Assembly (NCBI GenBank): GCA_032718475.1
Contig: JAUCBJ010008615.1
Span: forward strand, 1-50,690
Length of the DNA: 50,690 nt
Direction of reading: 5' to 3'
Origin: Nemertoderma westbladi
Lineage: Eukaryota; Animalia; Xenacoelomorpha
The notes under the pieces were generated by a model. The model searched no databases. It was not told the DNA's origin and was given only the letters and a program-made list of their open reading frames with translations. Positions within the stretch are counted from its first letter, which is position 1. Each line of letters opens with the position of its first letter. The translations under genes were made by a program, and so were the position numbers. Shown here piece after piece: positions 30,819 to 43,916 of this stretch.

Positions 30819-32692
30819 TCTGTTAATCTACAGGAGCTAATAAACCAACAGGTTGATGCCATCAATGATGCAGACGACAGCAGGCAATCTTCCCAGGCAG
30901 GGAAATCGATCAACTTGCTTACTGGGCGGAAAGCCAACCAACCACCAAGGTTAAGGCTGAATCACCAGCCGATCGCCTCAATGGTTGGAAAGCCCACTTT
31001 GAAAAGCTCCTCAATAATGACAGGGTATTGCCTGATAACTTTATAGAAGTAAAAGTGTCTGAGTCTGTACTCCCAGATATTCCCATTGGCGATATCTCCT
31101 TTGCAGAAGTGAAGGCTGCTGCAAAGAGCATTAAGACCAATCGTGCCAGTGGAGTAGATGGTGTTCCCCCTGAGGTCTTTAAAATACCTGAGTGTTTAAA
31201 GCTCATCTATCCCATCATAGTAGACATGTACCGAACAACAAGAGTCCCACAAGAAATGAAAACAAATAAGTTGGTGCCAGTTCCCAAGAAGGGCAACCTA
31301 ACACTCTATGGTTCTTTTCGGGGAATCTCATTGATCTCGATTGCTGCAAAGCTATACAATAGGATTCTATTAAATCGCATCAGGGGGATCCCATTGAGAG
31401 ACTGCTCCGTGGAAATCAGAATGGGTTCCGTAAAGGTCGTGGTACCATGGAGCCCATTTTGGCACTTAGAAGGATAATTGAAGAATTATCAAAAAAGAAA
31501 GACAGGCATCTGGCTGTTATCTTTGTTGACTTCTTCAAGGCCTTTGATTCAGTCTCTCGCTCACGTATGTTCAGCATACTTTCATTATATGGGATTCCTG
31601 ATGAAATTATTGCAGCAATAAGATCAATATACGATGGTTCGACAACATTTGTGTCTACTGTTGACGGTGACACAGAACCATTTGAAGTGTTATGGGGCGT
31701 CCTCCAAGGAGACAAACTTGCACCATTCTTGTTCATTATTGTGGTTGACTATGTTCTACGCATGTCCTTAGATCATCATAATGATGATGGGGTGATGATA
31801 ACTCCACCTACTGGCTCCAGAAGTCGAGGAAATCCTGCCAAGTACCTAACTGATCTAGACTTTGCTGATGACTTAGGAGTACTCTCAGAATCACTAGAGG
31901 GAGCCCAACGGCTCCTCAGCTCATTGGAACATGCTGCTTCTAGTGTTGGTCTTTTTATTAACTCCAGAAAGACCAAAATTTTGACAGTTAACTTTGAAAG
32001 TCCTCAGCAGTCAGCAATTCTCTGATCGGATGAGCATAAGCTCAAAGGATGGTATGCTTGAGCATGTGGACGACTTCTGTTACCTGGGATCATGGATCCG
32101 GAAATCAGGTGAGGACCTTCGAATACGTAAGGGAAAGGCATGGGCAGCCTTAAATAGGCTTTCCAGGATTTGGAAGTCACCGAGAATTAATCGGAAACTT
32201 AAGGTCTGATTATTTAGAGCAGCAGTAGTTCCAGTACTCCTCTACGGGAGTCCATGCTGGCCTCTAACTGCTGAGGACACCAAATCTCTGGATGGCACAT
32301 TCACAAGAATGCTACGCCGGGTTCATTGTGTCAAGTACAATGCAACCATCTCCAACCAGACACTATATTACATTGGAGGTGTCTCATTGGTTCCCCCAAG
32401 CTTGACACTAGAACAAAATCGCCTCCGCTTTGCAGGACATTGCTTTCGCCGTGAGGACCAGCCAGTGCATAATCTTGTACTTTGACAGCCTCATGGAGTG
32501 AATAAGCATGGTGGACAGCCCATGACTTTCTTGAGACGCATCTTAAAGGACACTGGCCTTGAAGATGCTGATGATCTAGCAAATGTCATGGGTGATAGGG
32601 AGTTGTGGCGGTGCAATTTTGTTGACAAGCCGGCACAGCATTCTTAAAAATGCGGCTGCAATGCAGCATGCCGATCCTAGTAGTAGTAGTAG
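30819..32692 (+). mobile_element. 5'-truncated RTE-like LINE (RT pseudogene) in an intron of the WxxW gene, antisense to it
   Basis: ASGVDGVPPE, PVPKKGNL, RGISLIS, IFVDFFKAFDSV, GVLQGDKLAPFLF, DFADDL, YLGSWI; frameshifts and stops; (TAG)n tail; 71-bp TSD at 30748-30818 and 32691-32761. Confidence 0.93.
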
Positions 32693-32954
32693 GGAGATTT
32701 CCGTTCATACTGTAGTTGGGGACTGGCGTCTCTGTCTGTGATGCGCTATGGCAGTCATTACCACGCTATTACAGTACATTATCATTATACGCCTACCTAC
32801 ATGTAGGTAAAGAAAGACCATTGGAAAATAATGTACAGTAGGTCTTAAATCTATTACAAATTCAAGAAATACTATTAATATTGAGCTGGTCGTATTTAAT
32901 AGAACCAGTAGGCCTCAATAATTAATAAATTAAGTGCATATTATATTATCATAC

Positions 32955-33106
32955 TCTTTTGGTTTCTGCGTATACAGCAGTTGGTTGACGTCCTCTGCAC
33001 ACTCCTTTTCTATTGTTATTGTTGATAGCTACTATGCTTTCTATATCACCATCACCGTTGGGATTGTCTTCATCATAGAATGTTGACCATTTGCCATCGC
33101 ATCCAT
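32955..33106 (-). CDS. WxxW-domain secreted protein, second coding exon
   Basis: cacacag|...|gtatga; reads DGCDGKWSTFYDEDNPNGDGDIES...VCRGRQPTAVYAETKR, the N-terminal half of a mucin/CILP-type WxxW domain; phases match the neighbouring exons. Confidence 0.85.
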
Positions 33107-33933
33107 CTGTGTGAATTAGTAATACTTAAGTCGTTAATTTATTACATTTTGGCGGAACTTCAGCAAATGTGTAACTAGGCCAACTCCTACAGGAAAGTGT
33201 ATGTAGGTAAGCTATTCCGTAAACACCAATAAAGTTTTATGAAATATTATTTATAAACAATATACACCATGTCTTGGAATATAGTTTTGAATCTGGACGA
33301 CGAGGCTATTCTACTGTATTAAATAAATACACCATATTCGGGAACGTATTTTTTTTTAAATAGCTACGTAACATTGTGGAACGTTAATTTAAATTTAAGG
33401 TTTATGCCTCATTCTAACTAATACTAACTGCATAGGCATATAAACAGATATGTATTATATATTAAATTATTATATATAATAGTATTATATTAATATAAAC
33501 AACAATAACATTCCAAATAATTATTTTGGTTATGAATTGTACTGTAAATTCTACTGTATGGTACTGTACTGTATGGTCGTCGGTCAGGTGCCAAATGGTT
33601 GTTAGCGTAAAAGCTTCTTATACACTGGGAAAGATATATAAAACAATATAAGTATATTTTCCTAATCACTGCATACATAGAGTAGGCACACAGTGTTATC
33701 TGTGTGGTAGGCTACTTGGAAATGACCAGTGTAGTTAGTACTGTATGTTGGGCCTACTGTAAGTAGCAGTAACATACAATTTGTTTAATACGGACAAATC
33801 AGCAGTCCCTCTGACTCTCTCTGTCCTTCTGACCCTAGCGTAATGTTTGATAGTCAATCAACCGTAATGGTTCGGCCAAATTTGTTGCAATTTAGTAGAC
33901 GCAACTACTGTAATAATTATGTATCTTACTCAC

Positions 33934-34108
33934 CTTTTATATTCTTTTTATCCTCTTTCGCCGCCTTCTCGGCCTCTTTGGCCGCCTTCTTGGCCTCTTT
34001 GTTTTGATTTTGGTTATTTTGGTTTTTATTATTCTTTCCAGCACTTACTTCAGCGCTCAGTATAGCAGCACAAACAGCTAGCACTAGTACCCAGTGAAGG
34101 ATATTCAT
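33934..34108 (-). CDS. WxxW-domain secreted protein, first coding exon (signal peptide plus Asn/Lys/Ala-rich linker)
   Basis: MNILHWVLVLAVCAAILSAEVSA signal-like peptide; ends AAA G|gtgagt (phase 1); an acceptor ttttcag lies just upstream of the ATG, implying a non-coding first exon. Confidence 0.8.
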
Positions 34109-35227
34109 CTCTCAATCTCTTCTGAAAATGTGAAATTGTATACTGTAGGCTACATGTTATTAACTGAAAAATTGTATACTGTATAATCTAAATAACCCCT
34201 TTTAGTTTTAGTTATCTCGGTATCTGTGCCTCCTTACAATGGCTACCGAACTTTATCACGCCGACTAAACCTCAACATGAACTACCACATCGACAAGGAC
34301 TTCACGTTTTTAATTAGTATTTGTAATGTGCGAAGCTCCCAACCCAACCTACACTGTACCGGAATGAAGTCATTATCAAAATTTAATTTAACTTAAATAA
34401 TTTATATAAACTTAAGTTTTGTACAATTATTGTTTTTAACACTGTCACTTGTATACTGTAATTTGTAACGTTAAAATCAATGTACAATATCGAATGTTTC
34501 AACCCATTATCAGTTGGCCTAATATGTAGTTATTTAACATTGTTTTCTGTGGGGTTTATAATGCAATATCAGTAGGCTAGAGTAGGTGGCGCTAGCGTAG
34601 CGATACGATGAGCGCACGGCCAAGGGACAGTTGTTGGTTCCATCTAATAATTAATTCACAACGGTGATAAGTACAGTAGAGTATACCACTAACCTGGTGT
34701 TCTCGTATTTATTCAATTCCTGGGAAATAATTGACGTTCAGATAAAATGTAGTTCAGCCCAAGGATGCGCTGGGAATATAAACTCCACAGTGATCACCTT
34801 GAGGAATACACTAAGATATGTTGGATGTACAATATATATATAGGCCTACCATAAGAACGTGGACAATCAGCAGACAGCGTTATGGTTATTCTTCACATTT
34901 GAATTTCATAAAATATCCATTGTTTGTGAATCGCACAGATGTGAAAATTGCATTGTCCCGTTCGTGTACCTACTTTAAATTAATAAACATCGCCACTTGT
35001 GGGATGTATTTAGCTGGTGGCAGATTGAATGTATTTACCGCTACGTCGACGCTATCTTTGAAATATGATGATTCATCATGTTGTCTCGAATAACGCGCAG
35101 TGGGGGTGGGTAGGCTTAAGGAGGAGGAACATTATTGTAATGTATAGAGTTTAAATTCCATAAATTTACAGTACGATTTTTTCTAATGTGATTCCTCAAA
35201 CCATTTAATAATGGCTGTCAGGCTGTC

Positions 35228-35367
35228 AAAGGGCAGGATTGAAATTAATACTGTAATAAAGGGCAGGATTGAAATAAATAAAGGGCAGGATTGAAATAAA
35301 TAAAGGGCAGGATTGAAATAAATAAAGGGCAGGATTGAAATAAATAAAGGGCAGGATTGAAATAAAT
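35228..35367. repeat. 22-bp minisatellite (aaagggcaggattgaaataaat), about 6 copies
   Basis: Direct tandem copies. Confidence 0.9.
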
Positions 35368-35680
35368 ACTGGAATTATAGTTTTCAAAATAAATAATTTT
35401 AGTCAAAATAATATCTAATATATTATTAGTCTTTCTAACTGAATAATCTGAGGGTATTCAAATTTTAATATAGATTTTAGAAAATTTACAGATTTTTGTT
35501 ATGCAAAAAACAGACGCAAGCCTCACACACAGCTCTGCTGTGATGAATGATCACAAACTGTTTAGCTGGATTTCCTGAATTTTTACACGGTAAAGTTTAT
35601 CCATTTTTGCCGATTTTAAATTTAGTCTACTTCGCCAATTCCAGAATTCCGCTACCGTAAGATTCGGATACCTTTCGGTA

Positions 35681-35910
35681 CTCTCCGGAGGTCGTGGGTT
35701 CGATCCCTCATGGTGACCAGGTAGTCGTATACGAACGAATGCTTTAAAGAGACTAGCCAGGGCGCACCTCTTCCTTGCATCATCCTTATACTGTATGGTA
35801 GCTAATAGAGAACTGGAGTTTCCTCAGAAGAGTATAGTAGTTCTGGGGGGACCGCACTGGAAATAAGTTGACAGACTTTGTGCGTAATCCCTGGTCTAAC
35901 GGCCGAAGAA
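35681..35910 (+). mobile_element. tRNA-derived SINE, same family as 13003-13175, lacking the A box and with a longer centre
   Basis: aggtcgtgggttcgatcc B box and the shared 3' block. Confidence 0.75.
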
Positions 35911-36224
35911 CTGAGTAATAATATATAAGTATATCTAAGTATACTAAGTATATCTAAGTATAAATTATTAGAACGCCTTTAAAACACACTATAAAGCTGG
36001 ACATATAACTAGGCTAATTTATGTTGCTACTTTATTTACTGTATTATTCGTTGTTATGTGTACTGTACATAATGTACAGTATTTACGTTATATACATTAA
36101 AAATAAATTATCATTCATGAAATTCCACAATTTCACTATCATCAATGTAACACTGTATTGTAGTGCATGCAACTGTATAGTGCCGGGGTTAAACTATAAG
36201 TCCCCGGCAAAACTGTAAGTCTAA

Positions 36225-39200
36225 GCTGTAACCCCCTTACATATAACCTCCTCACTCGTAAACTCCTCACTTGTAAGCCCTCACTCGTAGCCTCCTCACT
36301 CGTAGCCTCCTCACTCGTAGCCTCCTCACTTAAAACCTTCTCACTTCGAACCTCCTCACTCGTAAACTCCTCACTTGTAAGCCCTCACTCGTAAACTCCT
36401 CACTTGTAAGCCCTCACTCGTAGCCTCCTCACGTGGAACCTCCTCACTTGTAACCTCCTCACTCGTAACCTCCTCACTTGTAACCTTCTCACTTTGAACC
36501 TCCTCACTCATAACCCCCTTACTTGTAACCTCCTCACTCATAACCCCTTTCTTGTAACCCCCTTACTTATAACCTCCTCACTCGTAACCTCCTTACTTGT
36601 AACCTCCTCACTCATAACCTCCTCATTTGTAACCTCCTCACTTTTAACCCCCTCACTCGTAACCTCATCACTTGTAACCTCCTCACTTGTAACCTCCTCA
36701 CTTGTAAGCCCTCACTCGTAACCTCCTCACTTGTAACCTGCTCACTTGTAACCTGCTCACTTGTAACCTGCTCACTTGTAGCCTCCTCACTTGTAAGCCC
36801 TCACTCGTAACCTCCTCACTTGTAACCTCCTCACTTGTAACCTCCTCACTCGTAACCTCCTTACTTGTAACCTCCTCACTCATAACCTCCTCATTTGTAA
36901 CCTCCTCACTTGTAACCTTCTCACTTTGAACCTCCTCACTCATAACCCCCTTACTTGTAACCTCCTCACTCATAACCCCTTTCTTGTAACCCCCTTACTT
37001 ATAACCTCCTCATTTGTAACCTCCTCACTTTTAACCCCCTCACTCGTAACCTCATCACTTGTAACCTCCTCACTTGTAGCCTCCTCACTTGTAAGCCCTC
37101 ACTCGTAACCTCCTCACTTGTAACCTCCTCACTTGTAACCTCCTCACTCGTAACCTCCTCACTCATAACCCCTTTCTTGTAACCTCCTCACTCATAACCC
37201 CTTTCTTGTAACCCCCTTACTTATAACCTCCTCACTCATAACCTCCTCATTTGTAACCTCCTCACTTTTAACCCCCTCACTCGTAACCTCATCACTTGTA
37301 ACCTCCTCACTTGTATCCTTCTCACTTGTAACCTCCTCACTTGTAACCTCCTCACTTGTAACCTCCTCACTTGTAAGCCCTCACTCGTAACCTCCTCACT
37401 TGTAACCTCCTCACTTGTAAGCCCTCACTCGTAACCTCCTCACTTGTAACCTCCTCACTTGTATCCTTCTCACTTGTAACCTCCTCACTTGTAACCTCCT
37501 CACTTGTAAGCCCTCACTCGTAACCTCCTCACTTGTAACCTCCTCACTCGTAACCTCCTCACTTGTAACCTCCTCACTTGTAACCTGCTCACTTGTAACC
37601 TCCTCACTTGTAACCTGCTCACTTGTAACCTGCTCACTTGTAACCTGCTCACTTGTAGCCTCCTCACTTGTAACCTCATCACTCGTAACCTCCTCACTTG
37701 TATCCTTCTCACTTGTAACCTCCTCACTTGTAACCTCCTCACTTGTAACCTCATCACTCGTAACCTCCTCACTTGTATCCTTCTCACTTGTAACCTCCTC
37801 ACTTGTATCCTTCTCACTTGTAACCTCCTCACTCGTAACCTCCTCACTTGTAACCTGCTCACTTGTAGCCTCCTCACTTGTAACCTCATCACTCGTAACC
37901 TCCTCACTTGTATCCTTCTCACTTGTAACCTCCTCACTCGTAACCTCCTCACTTGTAACCTGCTCACTTGTAGCCTCCTCACTTGTAACCTCATCACTCG
38001 TAACCTCCTCACTTGTATCCTTCTCACTTGTAACCTCCTCACTTGTAACCTCCTCACTCGTAACCTCCTCACTTGTAACCTGCTCACTTTTAGCCTCCTC
38101 ACTTGTAACCTCATCACTCGTAACCTCCTCACTTGTATCCTCCTCACTTGTAACCTCATCACTCGTAACCTCCTCACTTGTAACCTCATCACTCGTAACC
38201 TCCTCACTTGTATCCTTCTCACTTGTAACCTCCTCACTTGTAACCTCCTCACTTGTAACCTCATCACTCGTAACCTCCTCACTTGTAACCTCCTCACTCG
38301 TAACCTCCTCACTTGTAACCTGCTCACTTGTAGCCTCCTCACTTGTAACCTCATCACTCGTAACCTCCTCACTTGTATCCTTCTCACTTGTAGCCTCCTC
38401 ACTTGTAACCTCCTCACTTGTAACCTCCTCACTTGTAAGCCCTCATTCGTAACCTCCTCACTCGTAACCTCCTCACTTGTAACCTCCTCACTTGTAACCT
38501 CCTCACTTGTAACCTCATCACTCGTAACCTCCTCACTTGTATCCTTCTCACTTGTAAGCCCTCACTCGTAACCTCCTCACTCGTAACCTCCTCACTTGTA
38601 ACCTGCTCACTTGTAGCCTCATCACTCGTAACCTCCTCACTTGTATCCTTCTCACTTGTAACCTCCTCACTTGTAACCTCCTCACTTGTAACCTCCTCAC
38701 TTGTAACCTCCTCACTTGTAACCTCCTCACTCGTAACCTCCTCACTTGTAACCTGCTCACTTGTAGCCTCCTCACTTGTAACCTCATCACTCGTAACCTC
38801 CTCACTTGTAACCTCCTCACTTGTAACCTCCTCACTTGTAACCTCATCACTCGTAACCTCCTCACTTGTAACCTCCTCACTTGTAACCTCCTCACTTGTA
38901 AGCCCTCACTTGTAACCCCCTCACTCGTAACCTCCTCACTTGTAACCTCCTCACTTGTAACCTCCTCACTTGTAACCTCCTCACTTGTAACCTCCTCACT
39001 TGTATCCTTCTCACTTGTAACCTCCTCACTTGTAACCTCCTCACTTGTAAGCCCTCACTCGTAACCTCCTCACTTGTAACCTCCTCACTTGTAACCTCCT
39101 CACTTGTAACCTCCTCACTTGTATCCTTCTCACTTGTAACCTCCTCACTTGTAGCCTCCTCACTTGTAAGCCCTCACTCGTAACCTCCTCACTTGTAACC

Positions 39201-42200
39201 TCCTCACTTGTAACCTCCTCACTTGTAACCTCCTCACTTGTAACCTCCTCACTTGTAACCTCCTCACTCGTAACCTCCTCACTTGTAACCTGCTCACTTG
39301 TAGCCTCCTCACTTGTAACCTCATCACTCGTAACCTCCTCACTTGTAACCTCCTCACTTGTATCCTTCTCACTTGTAAGCCCTCACTCGTAACCTCCTCA
39401 CTTGTAACCTCCTCACTTGTAACCTCCTCACTTGTAACCTCATCACTCGTAACCTCCTCACTTGTAACCCCCTCACTCGTAACCTCCTCACTTGTAACCT
39501 CCTCACTTGTAACCTCCTCACTTGTAACCTCCTCACTTGTAACCTCCTCACTTGTATCCTTCTCACTTGTAACCTCCTCACTTGTAACCTCCTCACTTGT
39601 AAGCCCTCACTCGTAACCTCCTCACTTGTAACCTCCTCACTTGTAACCTCCTCACTTGTAACCTCCTCACTTGTATCCTTCTCACTTGTAACCTCCTCAC
39701 TTGTAACCTCCTCACTTGTAAGCCCTCACTCGTAACCTCCTCACTTGTAACCTCCTCACTTGTAACCTCCTCACTTGTATCCTTCTCACTTGTAACCTCC
39801 TCACTTGTAGCCTCCTCACTTGTAAGCCCTCACTCGTAACCTCCTCACTTGTAACCTCCTCACTTGTAACCTCCTCACTTGTAACCTCCTCACTTGTATC
39901 CTTCTCACTTGTAACCTCCTCACTTGTAACCTCCTCACTTGTAAGCCCTCACTCGTAACCTCCTCACTTGTAACCTCCTCACTTGTAACCTCCTCACTTG
40001 TATCCTTCTCACTTGTAACCTCCTCACTTGTAACCTCCTCACTTGTAAGCCCTCACTCGTAACCTCCTCACTTGTAACCTCCTCACTTGTAACCTCCTCA
40101 CTTGTAACCTCCTCACTTGTATCCTTCTCACTTGTAACCTCCTCACTTGTAGCCTCCTCACTTGTAAGCCCTCACTCGTAACCTCCTCACTTGTAACCTC
40201 CTCACTTGTAACCTCCTCACTTGTAACCTCCTCACTTGTATCCTTCTCACTTGTAACCTCCTCACTTGTAACCTCCTCACTTGTAAGCCCTCACTCGTAA
40301 CCTCCTCACTTGTAACCTCCTCACTTGTAACCTCCTCACTTGTATCCTTCTCACTTGTAACCTCCTCACTTGTAGCCTCCTCACTTGTAACCTCCTCACT
40401 TGTAACCTCCTCACTTGTAACCTCCTCACTTGTATCCTTCTCACTTGTAACCTCCTCACTTGTAACCTCCTCACTTGTAAGCCCTCACTCGTAACCTCCT
40501 CACTTGTAACCTCCTCACTTGTAACCTCCTCACTTGTATCCTTCTCACTTGTAACCTCCTCACTTGTAACCTCCTCACTTGTAAGCCCTCACTCGTAACC
40601 TCCTCACTTGTAACCTCCTCACTTGTAACCTCCTCACTTGTATCCTTCTCACTTGTAACCTCCTCACTTGTAGCCTCCTCACTTGTAACCTCCTCACTTG
40701 TAACCTCCTCACTTGTAACCTCCTCACTTGTATCCTTCTCACTTGTAACCTCCTCACTTGTAACCTCCTCACTTGTAAGCCCTCACTCGTAACCTCCTCA
40801 CTTGTAACCTCCTCACTTGTAACCTCCTCACTTGTATCCTTCTCACTTGTAACCTCCTCACTTGTAACCTCCTCACTTGTAAGCCCTCACTCGTAACCTC
40901 CTCACTTGTAACCTCCTCACTTGTAACCTCCTCACTTGTAACCTCCTCACTTGTATCCTTCTCACTTGTAACCTCCTCACTTGTAGCCTCCTCACTTGTA
41001 AGCCCTCACTCGTAACCTCCTCACTTGTAACCTCCTCACTTGTAACCTCCTCACTTGTAACCTCCTCACTTGTATCCTTCTCACTTGTAACCTCCTCACT
41101 TGTAACCTCCTCACTTGTAAGCCCTCACTCGTAACCTCCTCACTTGTAACCTCCTCACTTGTAACCTCCTCACTTGTATCCTTCTCACTTGTAACCTCCT
41201 CACTTGTAGCCTCCTCACTTGTAAGCCCTCACTCGTAACCTCCTCACTTGTAACCTCCTCACTTGTAACCTCCTCACTTGTATCCTTCTCACTTGTAACC
41301 TCCTCACTTGTAGCCTCCTCACTTGTAAGCCCTCACTCGTAACCTCCTCACTTGTAACCTCCTCACTTGTAACCTCCTCACTTGTAACCTCCTCACTTGT
41401 ATCCTTCTCACTTGTAACCTCCTCACTTGTAACCTCCTCACTTGTAAGCCCTCACTCGTAACCTCCTCACTTGTAACCTCCTCACTTGTATCCTTCTCAC
41501 TTGTAACCTCCTCACTTGTAGCCTCCTCACTTGTAAGCCCTCACTCGTAACCTCCTCACTTGTAACCTCCTCACTTGTATCCTTCTCACTTGTAACCTCC
41601 TCACTTGTATCCTTCTCACTTGTAGCCTCCTCACTTGTAAGCCCTCACTCGTAACCTCCTCACTTGTAACCTCCTCACTCGTAACCTCCTCACTTGTAAG
41701 CCCTCACTCGTAACCTCCTCACTTGTAACCTCCTCACTTGTAACCTCCTCACTTGTATCCTTCTCACTTGTAGCCTCCTCACTTGTAAGCCCTCACTCGT
41801 AACCTCCTCACTTGTAACCTCCTCACTCGTAACCTCCTCACTTGTAAGCCCTCACTCGTAACCTCCTCACTTGTAACCTCATCACTCGTAACCTCCTCAC
41901 TTGTAACCTCCTCACTTGTATCCTTCTCACTTGTAACCTCCTCACTTGTAACCTCCTCACTTGTAAGCCCTCACTCGTAACCTCCTCACTTGTAACCCCC
42001 TCACTCGTAACCTCCTCACTTGTAACCTCCTCACTTGTAACCTCCTCACTTGTAACCTCCTCACTTGTAACCTCCTCACTTGTAACCTCCTCACTTGTAA
42101 CCTCCTCACTTGTAACCTCCTCACTTGTAACCTCCTCACTTGTATCCTTCTCACTTGTAACCTCCTCACTTGTAACCTCCTCACTTGTAAGCCCTCACTC

Positions 42201-43916
42201 GTAACCTCCTCACTTGTAACCTCCTCACTTGTAACCTCCTCACTTGTAACCTCCTCACTTGTATCCTTCTCACTTGTAACCTCCTCACTCGTAACCTCCT
42301 CACTTGTAACCTCCTCACTTGTAACCTCCTCACTTGTAACCTCCTCACTTGTATCCTTCTCACTTGTAACCTCCTCACTTGTAACCTCCTCACTTGTAAG
42401 CCCTCACTCGTAACCTCCTCACTTGTAACCTCCTCACTTGTAACCTCCTCACTTGTATCCTTCTCACTTGTAACCTCCTCACTTGTAACCTCCTCACTTG
42501 TAAGCCCTCACTCGTAACCTCCTCACTTGTAACCTCCTCACTTGTAACCTCCTCACTTGTAACCTCCTCACTTGTATCCTTCTCACTTGTAACCTCCTCA
42601 CTTGTAACCTCCTCACTTGTAAGCCCTCACTCGTAACCTCCTCACTTGTAACCTCCTCACTTGTAACCTCCTCACTTGTATCCTTCTCACTTGTAACCTC
42701 CTCACTTGTAGCCTCCTCACTTGTAACCTCATCACTCGTAACCTCCTCACTTGTAACCTCCTCACTTGTATCCTTCTCACTTGTAAGCCCTCACTTGTAA
42801 CCCCCTCACTCGTAACCTCCTCACTTGTAACCTCCTCACTTGTAACCTCCTCACTTGTAACCTCATCACTCGTAACCTCCTCACTTGTATCCTTCTCACT
42901 TGTAACCTCCTCACTTGTAACCTGCTCACTTGTAGCCTCCTCACTTGTAACCTCATCACTTGTAACCTCCTCACTTGTAACCTGCTCACTTGTAGCCTCC
43001 TCACTTGTAACCTCATCACTCGTAACCTCCTCACTTGTAACCTGCTCACTTGTAGCCTCCTCACTTGTAACCTCATCACTCGTAACCTCCTCACTTGTAT
43101 CCTTCTCACTTGTAACCTCCTCACTTGTAACCTCATCACTCGTAACCTCCTCACTTGTAACCTGCTCACTTGTAGCCTCCTCACTTGTAACCTCATCACT
43201 CGTAACCTCCTCACTTGTAACCTCCTCACTTGTAAGCCCTCACTCGTAACCTCCTCACTCGTAACCTCCTCACTTGTAACCTGCTCACTTGTAGCCTCCT
43301 CACTTGTAACCTCATCACTCGTAACCTCCTCACTTGTATCCTTCTCACTTGTAACCTCCTCACTTGTAACCTCCTCACTTGTAAGCCCTCACTCGTAACC
43401 TCCTCACTCGTAACCTCCTCACTTGTAACCTCCTCACTTGTAACCTCCTCACTTGTAACCTCCTCACTTGTAACCTCCTCACTTGTATCCTTCTCACTTG
43501 TAACCTCCTCACTTGTAACCTCCTCACTTGTAAGCCCTCACTCGTAACCTCCTCACTTGTAACCTCCTCACTTGTAACCTCCTCACTTGTAACCTCATCA
43601 CTCGTAACCTCCTCACTTGTATCCTTCTCACTCGTAACCTCCTCACTTGTAACCTGCTCACTTGTAGCCTCCTCACTTGTAACCTCATCACTCGTAACCT
43701 CCTCATTCGTAGCCTCCTCACTTGTAACCTCCTCACTTGGAACCTCCTCACTTGGAACCTCCTCAATCATAACCTCCTCACTCATAACCTCCTCACTTGG
43801 ATCCTCCTCACTTGGAACCTCCTCACTCATAACCTCCTCACTTGTAACCTCCTCACTTGTAACCTCCTCACTTGGAACCTCCTCACTTGGAACCTACTCA
43901 CTCGTAACCTCCTCAA
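36225..43916. repeat. 15-bp satellite (cttgtaacctcctca)n, about 7.7 kb, roughly 500 units
   Basis: Continuous array with recurrent variants (14-nt cttgtaagccctca, ctcgta, tatccttc, gtagcc, cctgctca, cctcatca). Confidence 0.98.

Noticed and set aside
36494-43830. Many ORFs such as (VRRLQ)n, (SEEVT)n and (LVTSS)n
   Set aside because: Translations of the 15-bp satellite; recurrent 14-nt units shift the frame and many starts are non-ATG.
36225-43916. Telomeric origin of the satellite (contains TAACC)
   Set aside because: Only one 5-nt motif per unit and no pure TTAGG/TTAGGG tract.
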